Shown: positions 1 to 11,585, counted from the first letter of the stretch. The stretch: 64,000 nt of DNA from Methanobacteriota archaeon (GCA_963720465.1 OY970393.1:1824001-1888000), one strand, 5' to 3'. Notes: generated by a model from the sequence alone, not told the origin. A program made the numbers and translations.

Positions 1-260
1 ACGAGCCGACGACCGGCCTGCACTTTGATGACATCAAGAAACTGCTCGCGGTGCTCGGCCGGCTCACCGACGCGGGGAATTCGGTGCTCGTCATCGAACA
101 CAACCTCGACGTGATTAAGACAGCCGACTACATTATCGATCTGGGCCCCGAGGGGGGCGACGAAGGGGGGTATGTCGTCGCGCGGGGAACACCTGAGATG
201 ATCGCCCGATCGGGCACGTACACCGGCGAGTTTCTCAAACGAGTGTTGAACGGATACTAA
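1..260 (+). CDS. uvrA: Excinuclease ABC subunit A, 3' end (partial)
   Basis: [11 protein letters not shown]...[32 protein letters not shown] is the UvrA C-terminal ABC domain; directly upstream of uvrC. Confidence 0.97.
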   Translation, partial: EPTTGLHFDDIKKLLAVLGRLTDAGNSVLVIEHNLDVIKTADYIIDLGPEGGDEGGYVVARGTPEMIARSGTYTGEFLKRVLNGY

Positions 261-265
261 GAGCG

Positions 266-2062
266 ATGCCACCACCTGCAGTCACCGCGAGGCTTAACAA
301 CCTGCCCAGCAGTCCGGGAGTCTACCTAATGAAGGACGCCGGCGGAAAAATCATCTACATCGGCAAGGCCGTCTCACTGAAGAACCGAATCCGAACGTAT
401 TTTCACGCCACGCCAGCGGCGCCGCGAATGAGGGCGCTCGTCGAGCGGATCGACGACATCGAGTGGATCGTCACGAACACCGAAAAAGAGGCGCTTATCC
501 TTGAGTCGAACCTTGTGAAGCTTCATAAGCCGCGATACAACGTTCGGCTGACTGATGACGGCAGCTTCCCGTACATCCGAATCACCGACGACCCGTATCC
601 GAGCATCACCGTGACGCGCGTGGTGAGAAACGACGGATCGGCCTATTTCGGCCCGTACACGAGCGCACAGGCTACGCGTCAAAGCGTGAAGGCGCTGCGT
701 CGGGCGTTCCCATTGCGCAGTTGCAGCAGAGATCTGCGGCGCGTTCTGAGACCGTGCCTCAGCTATCAACTCAAGCTGTGCGCCGCTCCCTGTGCGGGCA
801 AAACGGATCCCGACGCGTATGCTCAACTTGTGACGGGCATACAGCGGTTTCTCGAAGGGCGACAAGACGACATTCTCACTGAGCTCAAGCGCGAGATGAA
901 CGGCGCGGCAATGGACATGGAGTTCGAGCGCGCAGCAACGTTGCGCGATCGCATAGCCGTTCTCGAAAGCGTGCGAGAGCAGCAGTACGTCGAGCCGCGT
1001 CGCGGCGACGAAGACGTCATCGCAATCGCCCGCGGAGGCCCACAGGCGTGCGCGCTCATACTCATGGTCCGTGAAGGGAGGGTCACGGGGCAACAATCGT
1101 ACACGCTCAGAGGGACCGAAGGCGCCGAGACGACTGAACTGATGACAGCGTTTGTCAAGCAACACTACTTGCACCTCGAAAGGCCCAACGTCCCGAAGGG
1201 CATTCTTCTCGAGCACGCGATCGAGGAAGCGGACGCCATCGAAAATCTCCTCACCGAGATCAGAGGAAGCCGCGTCCACGTGAGCGTTCCACGGGCCGGA
1301 CCGAAGGCGAAGCTCGTCGCGCTTGCGCACAAGAACGCTGAATCAATGCTTAAGAAGCCAACGGCGGCCGATTCGCTGTACGTTCTCAAAGACGCCCTTC
1401 GACTGCGCTCGTACCCTTACCGGATCGAAGCGTTCGACGTGTCAAACCTCGGCGGTGCCGAGGCGATGGGGTCGATGGCTGTATTCATCGACGGAACGCC
1501 AAAGGTTAGCGAGTATCGCTCGTACAAGATCAGAAGTGTCGCTGTGATTGACGATTATGCGATGCTCAAGGAGATTGTCGGCCGGCGATATCGAGAACGT
1601 GAGGGCAGCGCGGATCTCATCGTGATTGACGGAGGAAAGGGACAGGTGAGTGCGGTCAAGGATACTCTGACGATGCTCGGATTGAGGATCCCCCTCGTCG
1701 GCCTCGCAAAGCGCGAAGAGCTCGTTTACGTGCCTGGCCGGTCAGCGCCGGTCGCGGTGCCGCAGATCGCGCTCAACGTGCTAATGCGCGTTCGTGATGA
1801 GGCGCATAAAACGGCCATCAGGAGACATCGCAACTTCCGTTCGCGTAGGTTCTTGGAGAGCGCGCTGGATCAAATCCCCGGCGTCGGCAAACGGCGAAAA
1901 GTCGAGCTTCTCAAACGGTTTGGATCTGTGGCTCAGCTCAAAAAGGCGAGCGTGGAAGAGATCCAATCCGTGCCAGCCGTTGACAAGACGACCGCCTACA
2001 GCGTGTTCAGTTATTTTGACGAGCGGCAGAAGGTCCCCAGAATGCCCGCCCCAAGCACCTGA
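266..2062 (+). CDS. uvrC: Excinuclease ABC subunit C
   Basis: GIY-YIG N-terminus (PGVYLMKD...YIGKAVSLKNR), UVR domain (MEFERAATLRD), RIEAFDVSN, IDGGKGQ, C-terminal HhH (IPGVG). Confidence 0.98.
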   Translation: MPPPAVTARLNNLPSSPGVYLMKDAGGKIIYIGKAVSLKNRIRTYFHATPAAPRMRALVERIDDIEWIVTNTEKEALILESNLVKLHKPRYNVRLTDDGSFPYIRITDDPYPSITVTRVVRNDGSAYFGPYTSAQATRQSVKALRRAFPLRSCSRDLRRVLRPCLSYQLKLCAAPCAGKTDPDAYAQLVTGIQRFLEGRQDDILTELKREMNGAAMDMEFERAATLRDRIAVLESVREQQYVEPRRGDEDVIAIARGGPQACALILMVREGRVTGQQSYTLRGTEGAETTELMTAFVKQHYLHLERPNVPKGILLEHAIEEADAIENLLTEIRGSRVHVSVPRAGPKAKLVALAHKNAESMLKKPTAADSLYVLKDALRLRSYPYRIEAFDVSNLGGAEAMGSMAVFIDGTPKVSEYRSYKIRSVAVIDDYAMLKEIVGRRYREREGSADLIVIDGGKGQVSAVKDTLTMLGLRIPLVGLAKREELVYVPGRSAPVAVPQIALNVLMRVRDEAHKTAIRRHRNFRSRRFLESALDQIPGVGKRRKVELLKRFGSVAQLKKASVEEIQSVPAVDKTTAYSVFSYFDERQKVPRMPAPST

Positions 2063-2527
2063 CATGACGAACGCGTCAACGAGGAGACGTTATGGAAGCG
2101 TAGCGTCGCAGACTTGTTTTCGACCCCGTTACCACCCCTTATCACGGCGCAGAACGAAGCAATACGGTAATATTCGCGGTGTGATCTTTTATGCGAAGCC
2201 ATGACGTCTTAAGCGGAATCTGTGGGCGGCTAGAGCAACTAGAGCCCAAAGGGGTTCGCATGGCAGTACCAGTAGCGCCAGCAGATGTAAGGAGTCGCCG
2301 CGTCGTCTGTCTCGACGTTCCCTCGCAACGTTCTCTTTTGCGCGGTCGGGGGCACGTTTGCCAATCCCCGGAAGAGACTTAATTCGGGAGCGCTTTTGAA
2401 GTCATAATTCCGACAAGAAGCAGCAGAAGCGACGATTCGGCCCAAGTTCGGGTCTGCCGTCTTTGGGCTGCGAAGGACTGTAAGGGGACAACTCTTTGAT
2501 CTACATCATCTCAACCGGGGCACGCAG

Positions 2528-3541
2528 GTGAATGTTCTTCTCTTCATTGTCAGCTTCGCACTCATCTTCATCGGCAGCAGTCTCTTTACGAATGGCGTGG
2601 AATGGATCGGGCGCAAGTTCAATCTTTCTGAGGGCGTCGTAGGTTCGGTGTTGGCCGCTATAGGAACGGCGTTGCCCGAAACGATCATCCCCATTATTGC
2701 AATTTTTTTTGTCGCTGGAACGACTGGACAGGATATAGGCATTGGAGCGATCTTAGGCGCCCCGTTCATGCTGGGAACCCTCGCGCTGTTTATTACCGGC
2801 ATGGCCGTCCTCATTTTGAGACGCCGTCGGGCGATGGGAGCAAAAATCAACTTTGACAGCCAAGTAACGCGGCGTGATTTGAGCGTCTTTTTCCTCGTTT
2901 ATTTAGGTGCTGTAACCGTCGCTCTCATCGCACCTCAGCAGACGAAAGCGCTCATAGCGCCCCTCTTTGTGGCCATTTATGTCGTGTACGTATGGCGCGT
3001 ATTCAAGACCGGCAAGGGGTCGTCAGACGCACCGTTGCAGCCACTGACGCTTGACTCGTGGGCAGCGCGGCTAAAAAGCGTCACTGCGCGCCAGACCCCC
3101 TCGATGTGGCTCGTGCTCGGACAAACCGCGTTATCGCTAGTCCTCATCATAGCAGGCGCGCAGGTCTTTGTGAATCAGATTGTCAATCTCGCCGAGCAGC
3201 TCCACGCAAGTGCTACGCTGCTTGCGCTTGTTATCGCACCCATTGCAACAGAGTTGCCTGAGAAGCTCAATAGCGTGCTGTGGGTCAGCCAAGGCAAGGA
3301 TGCGCTCGCCTTGGGGAATATAACGGGGGCAATGGTTTTCCAGAGTTGTATTCCAGTGGCATTTGGCGTAGCGTTCACGTCGTGGGTGCTTGGGCCCATT
3401 GAGCTCCTAAGCGCTGTAATTGCTCTCACAGCGGGTCTTTGGGTCTGCGTGCTTGCGGCCAAAGCGAAGCTAACGGCACCAGCGCTCATCTTCAATGGGG
3501 TCCTTTACCTGCTGTTCCTGGCGGTCGTACTTCGCGGTTAG
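2528..3541 (+). CDS. Sodium:calcium (CaCA/YrbG-like) antiporter
   Basis: Alpha-repeat motifs GTALPE and ATELPE, GNITG; about 10 hydrophobic segments. Confidence 0.9.
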   Translation: MNVLLFIVSFALIFIGSSLFTNGVEWIGRKFNLSEGVVGSVLAAIGTALPETIIPIIAIFFVAGTTGQDIGIGAILGAPFMLGTLALFITGMAVLILRRRRAMGAKINFDSQVTRRDLSVFFLVYLGAVTVALIAPQQTKALIAPLFVAIYVVYVWRVFKTGKGSSDAPLQPLTLDSWAARLKSVTARQTPSMWLVLGQTALSLVLIIAGAQVFVNQIVNLAEQLHASATLLALVIAPIATELPEKLNSVLWVSQGKDALALGNITGAMVFQSCIPVAFGVAFTSWVLGPIELLSAVIALTAGLWVCVLAAKAKLTAPALIFNGVLYLLFLAVVLRG

Positions 3542-3670
3542 CAGTATTAGATCAAAAGTCTCGTCCAAGTTTTCCGACCTCCTCGATGATCTTTGGTCAG
3601 GCGGGGTGCTTGGCTCTTGCTGCTTCACGAACGTATGCGAACGTAATTAAATTCCGTCAAATCGTTCGCT

Positions 3671-3686
3671 AAAAAAAAAAAAAAAA
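3671..3686 (-). terminator. 16-nt A run (oligo-U on the minus strand), probable archaeal terminator
   Basis: Lies ~35 nt after the stop of the minus-strand LEA-2 gene, between convergent genes. Confidence 0.45.
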
Positions 3687-3720
3687 CGAAAAGACTAGTT
3701 CACCACGCCCGCAATCCAAT

Positions 3721-4214
3721 TCAAACGATCTTGCTGACTTGGCTGCTAATGTACGGGTATGCATCGAATGTCTGGCTGAAGGGAACGCTGACATCGATAA
3801 AGAGGGGATGCACGGTGACGACCCCGTTTACATTCATCGTCAAGCTTTTTGCCAAGAGAGCTTGCACTACGGTGCTGAGTGAGCGCCGAAGTAAACAGTT
3901 GATTGTATTGGAATGTCGACGCTCCCGCGCACCGGGACTTGGATTCCGTCTGACGAGCCGGTGCTCAAGACCTGGTTGCTGGAGGTCAATACGAGGTTGT
4001 ACGTAATGGATTTGATGTTAACGTCTACGACATTCGGGTTATACAGCGTTATCACAAACGTTAGCGTGAAGCCCGAACGTGACACGTTGTCGATCGAGGG
4101 TACCGACACCCCCTGCACTTGAGGGGCCTGGAGCGTCAATACAAAAGCGGCCCCGGCGATAGCAATAACGATGATGACGACGGCTATTACGGCGGCGATA
4201 GTCCTTCTCCGCAT
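3721..4214 (-). pseudogene. LEA type 2 (WHy) family membrane-anchored protein, frameshifted
   Basis: N-terminal TM, ITLYNPN motif; after ~3880 the protein continues in another frame (VVQALLAKSLTMNVNGVVTVHPLFIDVSVPFSQTF...) to TGA at 3721. Confidence 0.75.
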
Positions 4215-4504
4215 AGCTAAAAAATAGCCCTTTTGACCATATAGGAACCGAAATGATTGATCAGGCCTGTTTCAGAGCTAAGAAGCACGTTGGGGCCACG
4301 CGTGCACCTGAAATGCGCCACGGCCGAAGTTTAGTCTATCTGTAAGGAACACCAATATACTTCCTGGCTGCCTTCGCTTGACGAAGGGAAAAGCATAATA
4401 TCACTCTCCTGCTTATATGTTCGACATGGTGCACTCCTTCTGTTCAGTGCTAACCGAGTGCGCGCAAACCACAGCGTAATGTTCGAAATGCGAGGCGAGC
4501 ACGA

Positions 4505-4855
4505 ATGCAATACGAGCACGTCACTAGGCACGAGTGGGAGCGAACCGCCCTTTACTTTGCCGTCGGGATGCTACTAATTGTAACAGGCGCAATTTTTCTC
4601 TTTGCTATCAACCGTATTATAGGAGCAATCCTCTGGTTTGCCCTCGTCGCCGTCGTGCTCGTGGCGCTGGTCAGCTGGCACACGAAAACGTACGCGTACC
4701 GCTGCAAACAGTGCGGAGAGGAATTCGAGATATCGGGTGTGACGAATTTCGTAAGTCCACAGGGCATAGGCAAGGATGGCGCGTGGAAGTTCCTGAGATG
4801 CCCGCGATGCAAGAAACTCGAACGCGCCGAGGTCATAAAGAAAGTCAAGCCGTGA
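4505..4855 (+). CDS. Two-TM membrane protein with C-terminal zinc ribbon
   Basis: Two hydrophobic helices, then YRCKQCGEEF...LRCPRC; GAGG upstream. Confidence 0.8.
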   Translation: MQYEHVTRHEWERTALYFAVGMLLIVTGAIFLFAINRIIGAILWFALVAVVLVALVSWHTKTYAYRCKQCGEEFEISGVTNFVSPQGIGKDGAWKFLRCPRCKKLERAEVIKKVKP

Positions 4856-5160
4856 CGTCCGCGCTGCGCATGCGTCGCTTCGCGCTCCAACAGACAATAT
4901 GCGGTTTTTATCGAAGCCATTCGCTGCTTTTGACCAGCAATGCGCGTTCTCAAGAGTCGCGAGAATCATCCGCAAAGCTGCAGCGTGCACTATGCGTCGA
5001 AGACTCGCCCCGCGACCCTCAAGGCTTTGGAAAAGAGAAAAAAGGGGATCGCATCAAGCCATTAAGACACCGGTGTGTGCGGCGCTTCGGTGTGCTGAGT
5101 GTGGTTTGGTTTCCTGCGCAACCGCGCTTATCGTCATAAAAGCAACCGAGTTGATCGTAA

Positions 5161-5949
5161 TTACAGTGTTGCCTCTACTTCCAGCCGCACCATTTGCACG
5201 TGGACGCGCCAGTTTTCATCTGCTGGGCGTCGCTCAATGTATCCACTGGCGATCTGTTCCACAAAATCCTCGCGCAAGGCTTCCGGAAGGCGCCCCGTGT
5301 AAGGGAGGAAGACGGTGCGCACCCAGCCCTTGAGTGCCTCTTTCCCATCGTGCACCATGTCCTTCGGGATAAGCTCAACACGTTCTGGTGAGAGGCCAAC
5401 GCGGTCAATAAACGCTCGATACTCTTCTACGCCGTAAAAGAACCAAGGATAGGTGAATCCCACAAAATAACCTTTCCAGCGTCTGTCAGTGGTAAGCTCG
5501 TTTGCGACATCTGAGATCAATGCGGCATTGCCGTCCCCCCCGAACTGCAGCAGCGTCCGCCCAGACGGCGTAAGCGCCCGTTTTATGCCGGCAAGCACAG
5601 CGAGGTGGTCACGTATCCAGTGAAGGCTTGCAAACGACACAACCAGGTCGAACTCGTGACGGTACGTCAGGCGCGTTGCATTTCCAAGGCGAAACTGCAG
5701 ATTGTGGAAAAACACCGGAGGGAACCGGCGGAGGGCGAATTCGATCATCGTTTCAGAGCTGTCAATGCCTAGCACCGATCCATCCGGAATGCGTGCCGCA
5801 AGCTCTGCGGTCACCTTCCCATCGCCACACCCGATGTCGAGCACCCGTTCATCACCTGTAAGGCTCAGGGCTCGAATTGCGTCACGCGCCCACTGCTGCT
5901 GGGACGAAGAATGTCGTTCATAGTCGGCAGCGTCCCATTGATACCTCAT
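5161..5949 (-). CDS. Class I SAM methyltransferase (Tam-like)
   Basis: WDAADY, VLDIGCGDG, FDLVVSFASLHW; paralog of 52051-52860. Confidence 0.92.
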   Translation of the reverse strand: MRYQWDAADYERHSSSQQQWARDAIRALSLTGDERVLDIGCGDGKVTAELAARIPDGSVLGIDSSETMIEFALRRFPPVFFHNLQFRLGNATRLTYRHEFDLVVSFASLHWIRDHLAVLAGIKRALTPSGRTLLQFGGDGNAALISDVANELTTDRRWKGYFVGFTYPWFFYGVEEYRAFIDRVGLSPERVELIPKDMVHDGKEALKGWVRTVFLPYTGRLPEALREDFVEQIASGYIERRPADENWRVHVQMVRLEVEATL

Positions 5950-6192
5950 GTTTTCAATCTCCGGTCTCCGTTTATTTCTTTAGTTGTTTGCGTTCTGTTT
6001 CCCTCGTTTTAAGAAGGATTACCAGCGAAGCGAGCTCTGCAATTAGATTCGCTGCTCAGATTTCGCGACGACCTGTGCGGCAGAGCTACTCTCTTGGAGT
6101 GCTGGCATAGATTCGACGAACGCATTGAACTGGTCGGTCCCATTTTTTGAGCGAGGTAGCCGTCTGGTGTCGACAAGCACGATTTGGATCAG

Positions 6193-7212
6193 TTAGGCCT
6201 CCAACACGACTCGATAATGTGCGGCGTTGCTGCGCACGCGTTCCACCGCGCTGTTTACGTCTGCGCAAGAGAAGATCTCTGTTTTTGCAGCAATGCCATG
6301 ACGGGCTGCAAACGCAAGCATCTCTTGCGTCACAGCTCTCCCGCCTGTTACGCTCCCGCCGATCGATTTTTGGCCGGCAACGAGAAGCGCAGTGGGGGTC
6401 GCCACCCCACCTTCTTCCTCGTTGGAAGACAGTCGACTGACGATCGTCAACTTGCCATTGGGCCGCAGCGCCTCTACATAAGCGGCCCACGGAAGGGGTG
6501 CAGTGGCCGTTGCTAATATGAAATCGAGTGTTCGCACAGTCCGTCGCATTTGCGCCGGGTCGCGGCTTATTACAAAGTGATCGGCGCCAAATGCGGCTGC
6601 GTCGCCCTCTTTTTCAGGGTCCGTCGAGAACGCAGTCACTTCGCAGCCCATAGCGTGGGCGAATTGCAGGGCCAGGTGCCCGAGTCCGCCGATCCCAACG
6701 ACGCCGACGTGATGATGTGGTCGTACGCCGTAGCGCCTCATCGGCGCGTACACCGTAACGCCTGCGCACAGGAGCGGTGCTGCGCCTGCCGAATCGAGCG
6801 ACTCCGGGATGGAGAAGGTAAAGCGGCTATCAGTGCGAACGAAATTGGCGAATCCACCGTGCCGCCGCACACACGTGAGCACTTTGCTCTGGCACAGGTT
6901 CTCGTAGCCGTTCAGACACCACTCACAGCGCAAGCAGCTGCCTGATTGCCACCCGACGCCGACTCGCTCACCAATTTTGAGTTGCTCAACGGCCGATCCA
7001 GCGGCGGCCACAGTGCCCACGATTTCGTGTCCTGGCACGAGGGGGTAATGCGAGATATTCCAGTCGTTATCAATGAGGTGAACATCGCTGTGGCAGATGC
7101 CACAGTGGCTCACTTTGATGTCGACGTCGTACGGGCCCCGGTTATGAAGCTCATAATCAAAAGGCTGCAGCGCAGCCTTTGGCGCTCGCGCAGCAACTGC
7201 GTGGATTCGCAT
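6193..7212 (-). CDS. Zn-dependent NAD(P) alcohol dehydrogenase (Ahr/cinnamyl ADH-like)
   Basis: CGICHSD, GHEIVG, structural Zn CLRCEWC...C, GIGGLGH. Confidence 0.95.
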   Translation of the reverse strand: MRIHAVAARAPKAALQPFDYELHNRGPYDVDIKVSHCGICHSDVHLIDNDWNISHYPLVPGHEIVGTVAAAGSAVEQLKIGERVGVGWQSGSCLRCEWCLNGYENLCQSKVLTCVRRHGGFANFVRTDSRFTFSIPESLDSAGAAPLLCAGVTVYAPMRRYGVRPHHHVGVVGIGGLGHLALQFAHAMGCEVTAFSTDPEKEGDAAAFGADHFVISRDPAQMRRTVRTLDFILATATAPLPWAAYVEALRPNGKLTIVSRLSSNEEEGGVATPTALLVAGQKSIGGSVTGGRAVTQEMLAFAARHGIAAKTEIFSCADVNSAVERVRSNAAHYRVVLEA

Positions 7213-7395
7213 GGTTTGTTACAGTCGGTGTATGCCGTCCACCGCATTTTAGTTTTTGGTTACCGCAAGCAGCTGGTGCATCTGGATGGCTTTTCAGAGC
7301 AGCGCGCATTCCCTCGAGCTGTTCAAGCTGCGCTAAAGTGTTATATATCAAAAAGCATAGCTTCAGATATATTGTAAAAGGAAGAGGTCTCTATC

Positions 7396-7908
7396 GTGCC
7401 GAGACGAATATGGAAACAATGGGCCCAAGATCAGTTTCTGGGCGTCGCGCAATTTGGGCCCCTGAGGATGGAGCGCGGCAACATCAAGTTTTTTGTACTC
7501 ATGACACTACGCGACCAACCGCTCCACGGATATGGCATTATTAAGGCTATTGAGGATGTGAGCGGCCACGCCCCAAGCGCAGGCGTGATCTATCCAACTT
7601 TGCAGATGCTTGAGGACCAAGGTTGCGTCGCTATGAACGAGGAGGAGAACAAGAAGATCTACGTCATAACCGATGCTGGTAGACGCTTCCTGGACGAGCA
7701 TCGCGACACGGTTGAGCGGCTGAGTACGCGCGCCGCTCAGCCAAGATGGAGCTGGCTTCCCGGAGTCGGGCGCCGTATCGGGGAAATTTCCCGCACGATC
7801 TTTTCCAACTATTCGTACCTTGATGACGAGAAGATACAGCAGATCGAGCACATTCTTGATGAGGCAAGAAGACAGATCGGCGAAGTGATTTTTGCGAGAA
7901 AGCGTTAA
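7396..7908 (+). CDS. PadR-family transcriptional regulator (start uncertain, possibly 7468)
   Basis: HGYGIIKAIE...PSAGVIYPTLQMLED...YVITDAG. Confidence 0.9.
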   Translation: MPRRIWKQWAQDQFLGVAQFGPLRMERGNIKFFVLMTLRDQPLHGYGIIKAIEDVSGHAPSAGVIYPTLQMLEDQGCVAMNEEENKKIYVITDAGRRFLDEHRDTVERLSTRAAQPRWSWLPGVGRRIGEISRTIFSNYSYLDDEKIQQIEHILDEARRQIGEVIFARKR

Positions 7909-8040
7909 GACGGCGCGGTTTTTTTCTTCCAAAAGAACTCGGCCGGCTGCGTCGAGCGCGCCGCGATAAGGTTTTTTGCGCGAAAAAGCAGCCAGCTAAA
8001 CCCCTTTGTCCACACGTCAGTTTCGCGAGGGACGACGAGT

Positions 8041-9329
8041 TTGAAAGAGTCGAGTGATGCGGCAGTGCTCGAAACGGAAGCTGCGGTCTCCGCCTCAGCG
8101 GGCATCCCTCCTCGGAAGCTTCTCAGGTCGCAGACGGTCAAGGCGCTGCACTACCGCAGCTTTGCCCTCCTTTGGATCGGCATGATCCTGTCGAACGTCG
8201 GCACGTGAGTGCAGGTCATTGCGCAGTCCCTGCTCGTCCTGCAGCTCACGAATAACTCTGGGCTCGCGCTGGGCCTGATTTCATTTGTCCAGGCGGCCCC
8301 ATTCCTAGTGTTTTCCCTCGTGGGCGGGAGCACGGCCGACAGGGTGGACAAGCGGCGACTTCTGCTTGTTACACAAAGCCTACAAATCGTCTATGCTTTA
8401 CGCTGGGCGCCCTCACGATCACCGGGTTAGTCCAGTTCTGGCAAATCGCCATGCTTGCCATGCTGGCGGGGATCACGCTCAGCTTTGATCAACCGACTCG
8501 ATTTGCGCTTATTCCGGGGCTCGTGCCCAAGGAAGATCTCCCCAACGCTATAGCCCTAAACGCGATTGTGTTCAACGGCGCCGCTATCGTGGGACCGGCG
8601 CTAGGCGGCGCCCTGGTGATAGTCATTGGCTATGCGGGCGACTTTTTCCTGAACGGGTTGAGTTACGTCGCTGTCCTCATCGCAATCCTGCTCATGAGCT
8701 TTCCCAAGGTGGCCGGTACGAGCACGAGCTCGCTGCTCCGTGACATACGCAGGGGTCTCGGCTACGTACTACACGAGCCACTTTTGGCACAGCTGCTCGC
8801 CAATTATGGTTCCCTAATGTTCTTCGCTGCTGTCTATACCGTGCTGCTCGCGCTCGTCGGCGTGGCGGTCCTCGGAACCAGTCCTGGGCAGCTTGGCGTG
8901 CTGTACACCGCGATAGGGATCGGCACCGTCGTGGGTTCTCTTGGCGTCGCATCTCTCGGCGACTTTGCGCACAAAGGCCGGCTCTTGACGGTGTCCTCGC
9001 TTTTGATGTCATCTTCTGTGATCATTTTTTCGCTCCTGCACCTCTACTGGGTCTCGTTTGCATTGCTGGTGGTTATAGGTGTCTCGCAAACCGTCTCGTC
9101 GGCCCTCTCAATCACGCTTCTCCAGCTCAACGCTCCCAGGAACATGATCGGATTCGTTATGAGCATAAATACGCTCATCGTCATGGGAATCAGACCCCTT
9201 GGAGCGTTTCCGTTCGGAGCATTGGCTGACGTCATCGGGACATCCTCTGCACTTGCCGCAGGTGCTCTTGTAGCGGCTGCGATTAGCATTTACCTTTTTG
9301 CCTCAAATAGCAGGCTGCGCTCTGCGTGA
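8041..9329 (+). pseudogene. MFS transporter (MFS_3/EntS-like), disrupted
   Basis: ALHYRSFALLWIGMILSNVGT*VQ has in-frame TGA at 8206 at the usual Trp; frameshift near 8400; ADRVDKRRLL motif A; rest intact to 9329. Confidence 0.85.
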
Positions 9330-9992
9330 TGGCATATCTTTTTTGGAAATGCGTGCTTGAAAAAGAGCGATATGACGTCTTGGCCCGAAAGCGTGCTTCA
9401 CAGCGGATGAAGCGAAATTACACGTTGCCGGCAACCCTCAAGCGACTATCAAAGAGTTTTTTTTGCGCTGCCGGAATCGCCAGCCCGAGTCTTACTAAGG
9501 TAAGGGCAAGTCATACCCACGGCACACCACAGGTTAGCCTGGTTTTTCCACTCAATAGTTGCAGCTGTTTCCGGTGCAATTTGTATTCGCCAGCGTACTC
9601 GAGCAATCTATCTGCGGACGCTGATGACGCAAATAACAGATTCCTCTCGCTGTCAATTTGGCTGATAGTGAGCATGGCGCTTTTTGATTAGGCGGAGCCC
9701 ATAGTGTGCTTCTTTTCGTGACACTTGTGGTACTACCAGAAAAATACAGTAGCAGCGAAGCTAGAAACTACTTAAAGAGGCGCATAAGCGTGCGACAAAT
9801 ATCGGTTCCAATGGAGCATCGCGAGCTACAAATTCTTTAGCAGATACGCGTATGGCGGTGCTCGTTGCGAAAAAGAAGGTCTTGCTTACATAAAATACCT
9901 TCATTTCGAGTCCAGATTTTAAAAAAAGGCGCAAAATGCGAGCGAAAACGTTAAATACGATCGTGTAGAGCTTAATTATGCCGTGATTAATA

Positions 9993-10060
9993 GGAGCCGG
10001 ACCCGCGATCTGGCCTGCCTCGAAAACCGTCTTCTCTTACGGCTACCGGGCCCGTGCTCC
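9993..10060. ncRNA. Candidate structured RNA/hairpin element, copy A
   Basis: GGAGC/GCTCC closing stem, CGGACCCG/CGGGCCCG and TGGCC/GGCTA stems; loop similar to copy B; BRE-TATA-like GCGAAAACGTTAAATA at 9942-9957 and T-rich tract downstream on +. Confidence 0.5.
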
Positions 10061-10437
10061 ATTCTCGGTTTTGTTCTGTAGTTTGTTAGGATTTTTTCCG
10101 GTGCTGGCAGTACAGCGAGTGTCCCTTTCTGGCTTTAGGTTCTTGCAGATATAACGTCGACCCCTCATACCTCACCGCTTATGTTTATTTTTTTGATGCT
10201 GTCCACGTGAGGCGCGGTTGCCGTGGCCTTGATGGAACTTGCGGGTAAAAAATCGGACTCAAGCACTGCTTCTTCAGACTTCGTCTTCCAATCACGATAA
10301 ATATTGACGCTGGCTCAATCTCTTTCGTTGATTTCGGCGAAAAATAGCCTTAAGGCGACAACAAAGCGCCGCAAATCTAAATCAATAAGTAGCGTTACTC
10401 ATTAATTGTTAACGATAGACAAAAAGGAGGTGACAAA

Positions 10438-10743
10438 ATGGGAGACGTGAAAACGATCACAAGGATTCCGGTTGGGCCAGTCGCGTTGATGGGTGCTGTT
10501 ATTAGCGCCATTCTGGGACTCATTGAAGGAATAATTTATGCGATCGGCCTCGCAGCTTTTGCTGCGTCGTTGCCTAGCTCGCTTTCTAGCTATGTTAGCT
10601 TTGGAGCGGCTGGCGCACTAGGTGTCATTATCGGCAGCATTATCGGCGGCTTCATTGGCGGGTACATCATAACAGCAATTATAGCACTGATTTACAACGC
10701 GCTGGCGCCTAGAATTGGTGGCGTTAAGCTTGAACTTGAGTAA
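10438..10743 (+). CDS. Small two-TM membrane protein (DUF3566-like)
   Basis: AGGAGGTGA RBS; C-terminal YNALAPRIGGVKLELE. Confidence 0.85.
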   Translation: MGDVKTITRIPVGPVALMGAVISAILGLIEGIIYAIGLAAFAASLPSSLSSYVSFGAAGALGVIIGSIIGGFIGGYIITAIIALIYNALAPRIGGVKLELE

Positions 10744-10992
10744 TGGGGAAGCATATTCAATCGCCTAAGTCGCAGAGTTCTAACGGTGAAACGCAAGCAC
10801 AAAGCGTTGGCCGTTACTTTTTTTGTTTTTTATAAAAACTAGCATGCTTGTCGAGCATAAGAGTGAGGCCCAACTCCGAATGCAGGGCGAGGCGAAAGCG
10901 CATCAACGTGCGATGGCTAAGATCCCTTAGACAGGCTCAAAGTGAATCCTGCGTTAGCTGAGCAAAGAAGCAACGCACGAACTGGACTATAC

Positions 10993-11034
10993 GTATGAAA
11001 GAAAAAAAGAATTGTATGAAAGAAAAAAAGAATT
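10993..11034 (+). repeat. 21-bp tandem duplication of a gene start
   Basis: GTATGAAAGAAAAAAAGAATT x2, giving two in-frame ATGs. Confidence 0.9.
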
Positions 11035-11585
11035 TCGAAAATGCGGCAAGCACCGTGTTTGCCCCGCAACTCGTCGGCCTAGTGACGACCATTGATCGTG
11101 CCAACCGGCCAAACGTGGCGACCTTCGCTTGGATAATGAGCACCTCGCACGATCCGGAGCTCGTAGCAGTAAGTGTTTCAAGAAAACGCTACACGTATGA
11201 GTGCTTAACCGATGAATTCGTCATTAATTTGCCGACGAGGGAGTTGCTCGAACAGGTGTGGGCCGTTGGGACCCGGTCAGGAAGGAACGTGGACAAGTTT
11301 CAGGCGACGGAGTTGACGCCCATACCCGCTGTCGCGGTCAAACCGCCTAGGATTGCCGAGTGCCCGACCCACGTAGAATGTCGCATCGTTGACAGAGTAG
11401 ACACGGGAGACCACACCATCTTTATCGGCGAAGTCGTGGCAAAATCAGGCGACCCTGATGCAATGAAGGACGGTGCTCTCAACGAGCGCATTGAGCCTCT
11501 GTTCCATCTTGGGGGGAAGAAATTCCTGTGCGGTCGCGAACGACTTGACGTCGACAGGCTTCGCGGGGGCAAACGCAGCGTTTGA
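10995..11585 (+). CDS. Flavin reductase family (flavoredoxin-like) protein
   Basis: PNVATFAW, EFVINLP, GTRSGRNVDKF, PPRIAECP, GDHTIFIGEV. Confidence 0.93.
   Translation: MKEKKNCMKEKKNFENAASTVFAPQLVGLVTTIDRANRPNVATFAWIMSTSHDPELVAVSVSRKRYTYECLTDEFVINLPTRELLEQVWAVGTRSGRNVDKFQATELTPIPAVAVKPPRIAECPTHVECRIVDRVDTGDHTIFIGEVVAKSGDPDAMKDGALNERIEPLFHLGGKKFLCGRERLDVDRLRGGKRSV

Noticed and set aside
374-1330. Long antisense ORFs (e.g. 374-1330, 19475-20182, 32193-32933, 38869-39540)
   Set aside because: They shadow well-supported genes in GC-rich DNA and show no protein motifs
3671-3686. Poly(A) tract as a retro-insertion tail
   Set aside because: No target-site duplication or RT; position fits a terminator between convergent genes
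8206-8208. In-frame TGA at a Trp position (also 41521 in the integrase) suggesting TGA recoding as Trp or Sec
   Set aside because: Both genes also carry frameshifts, and many intact genes here end in TGA; TGG-to-TGA nonsense mutation is simpler
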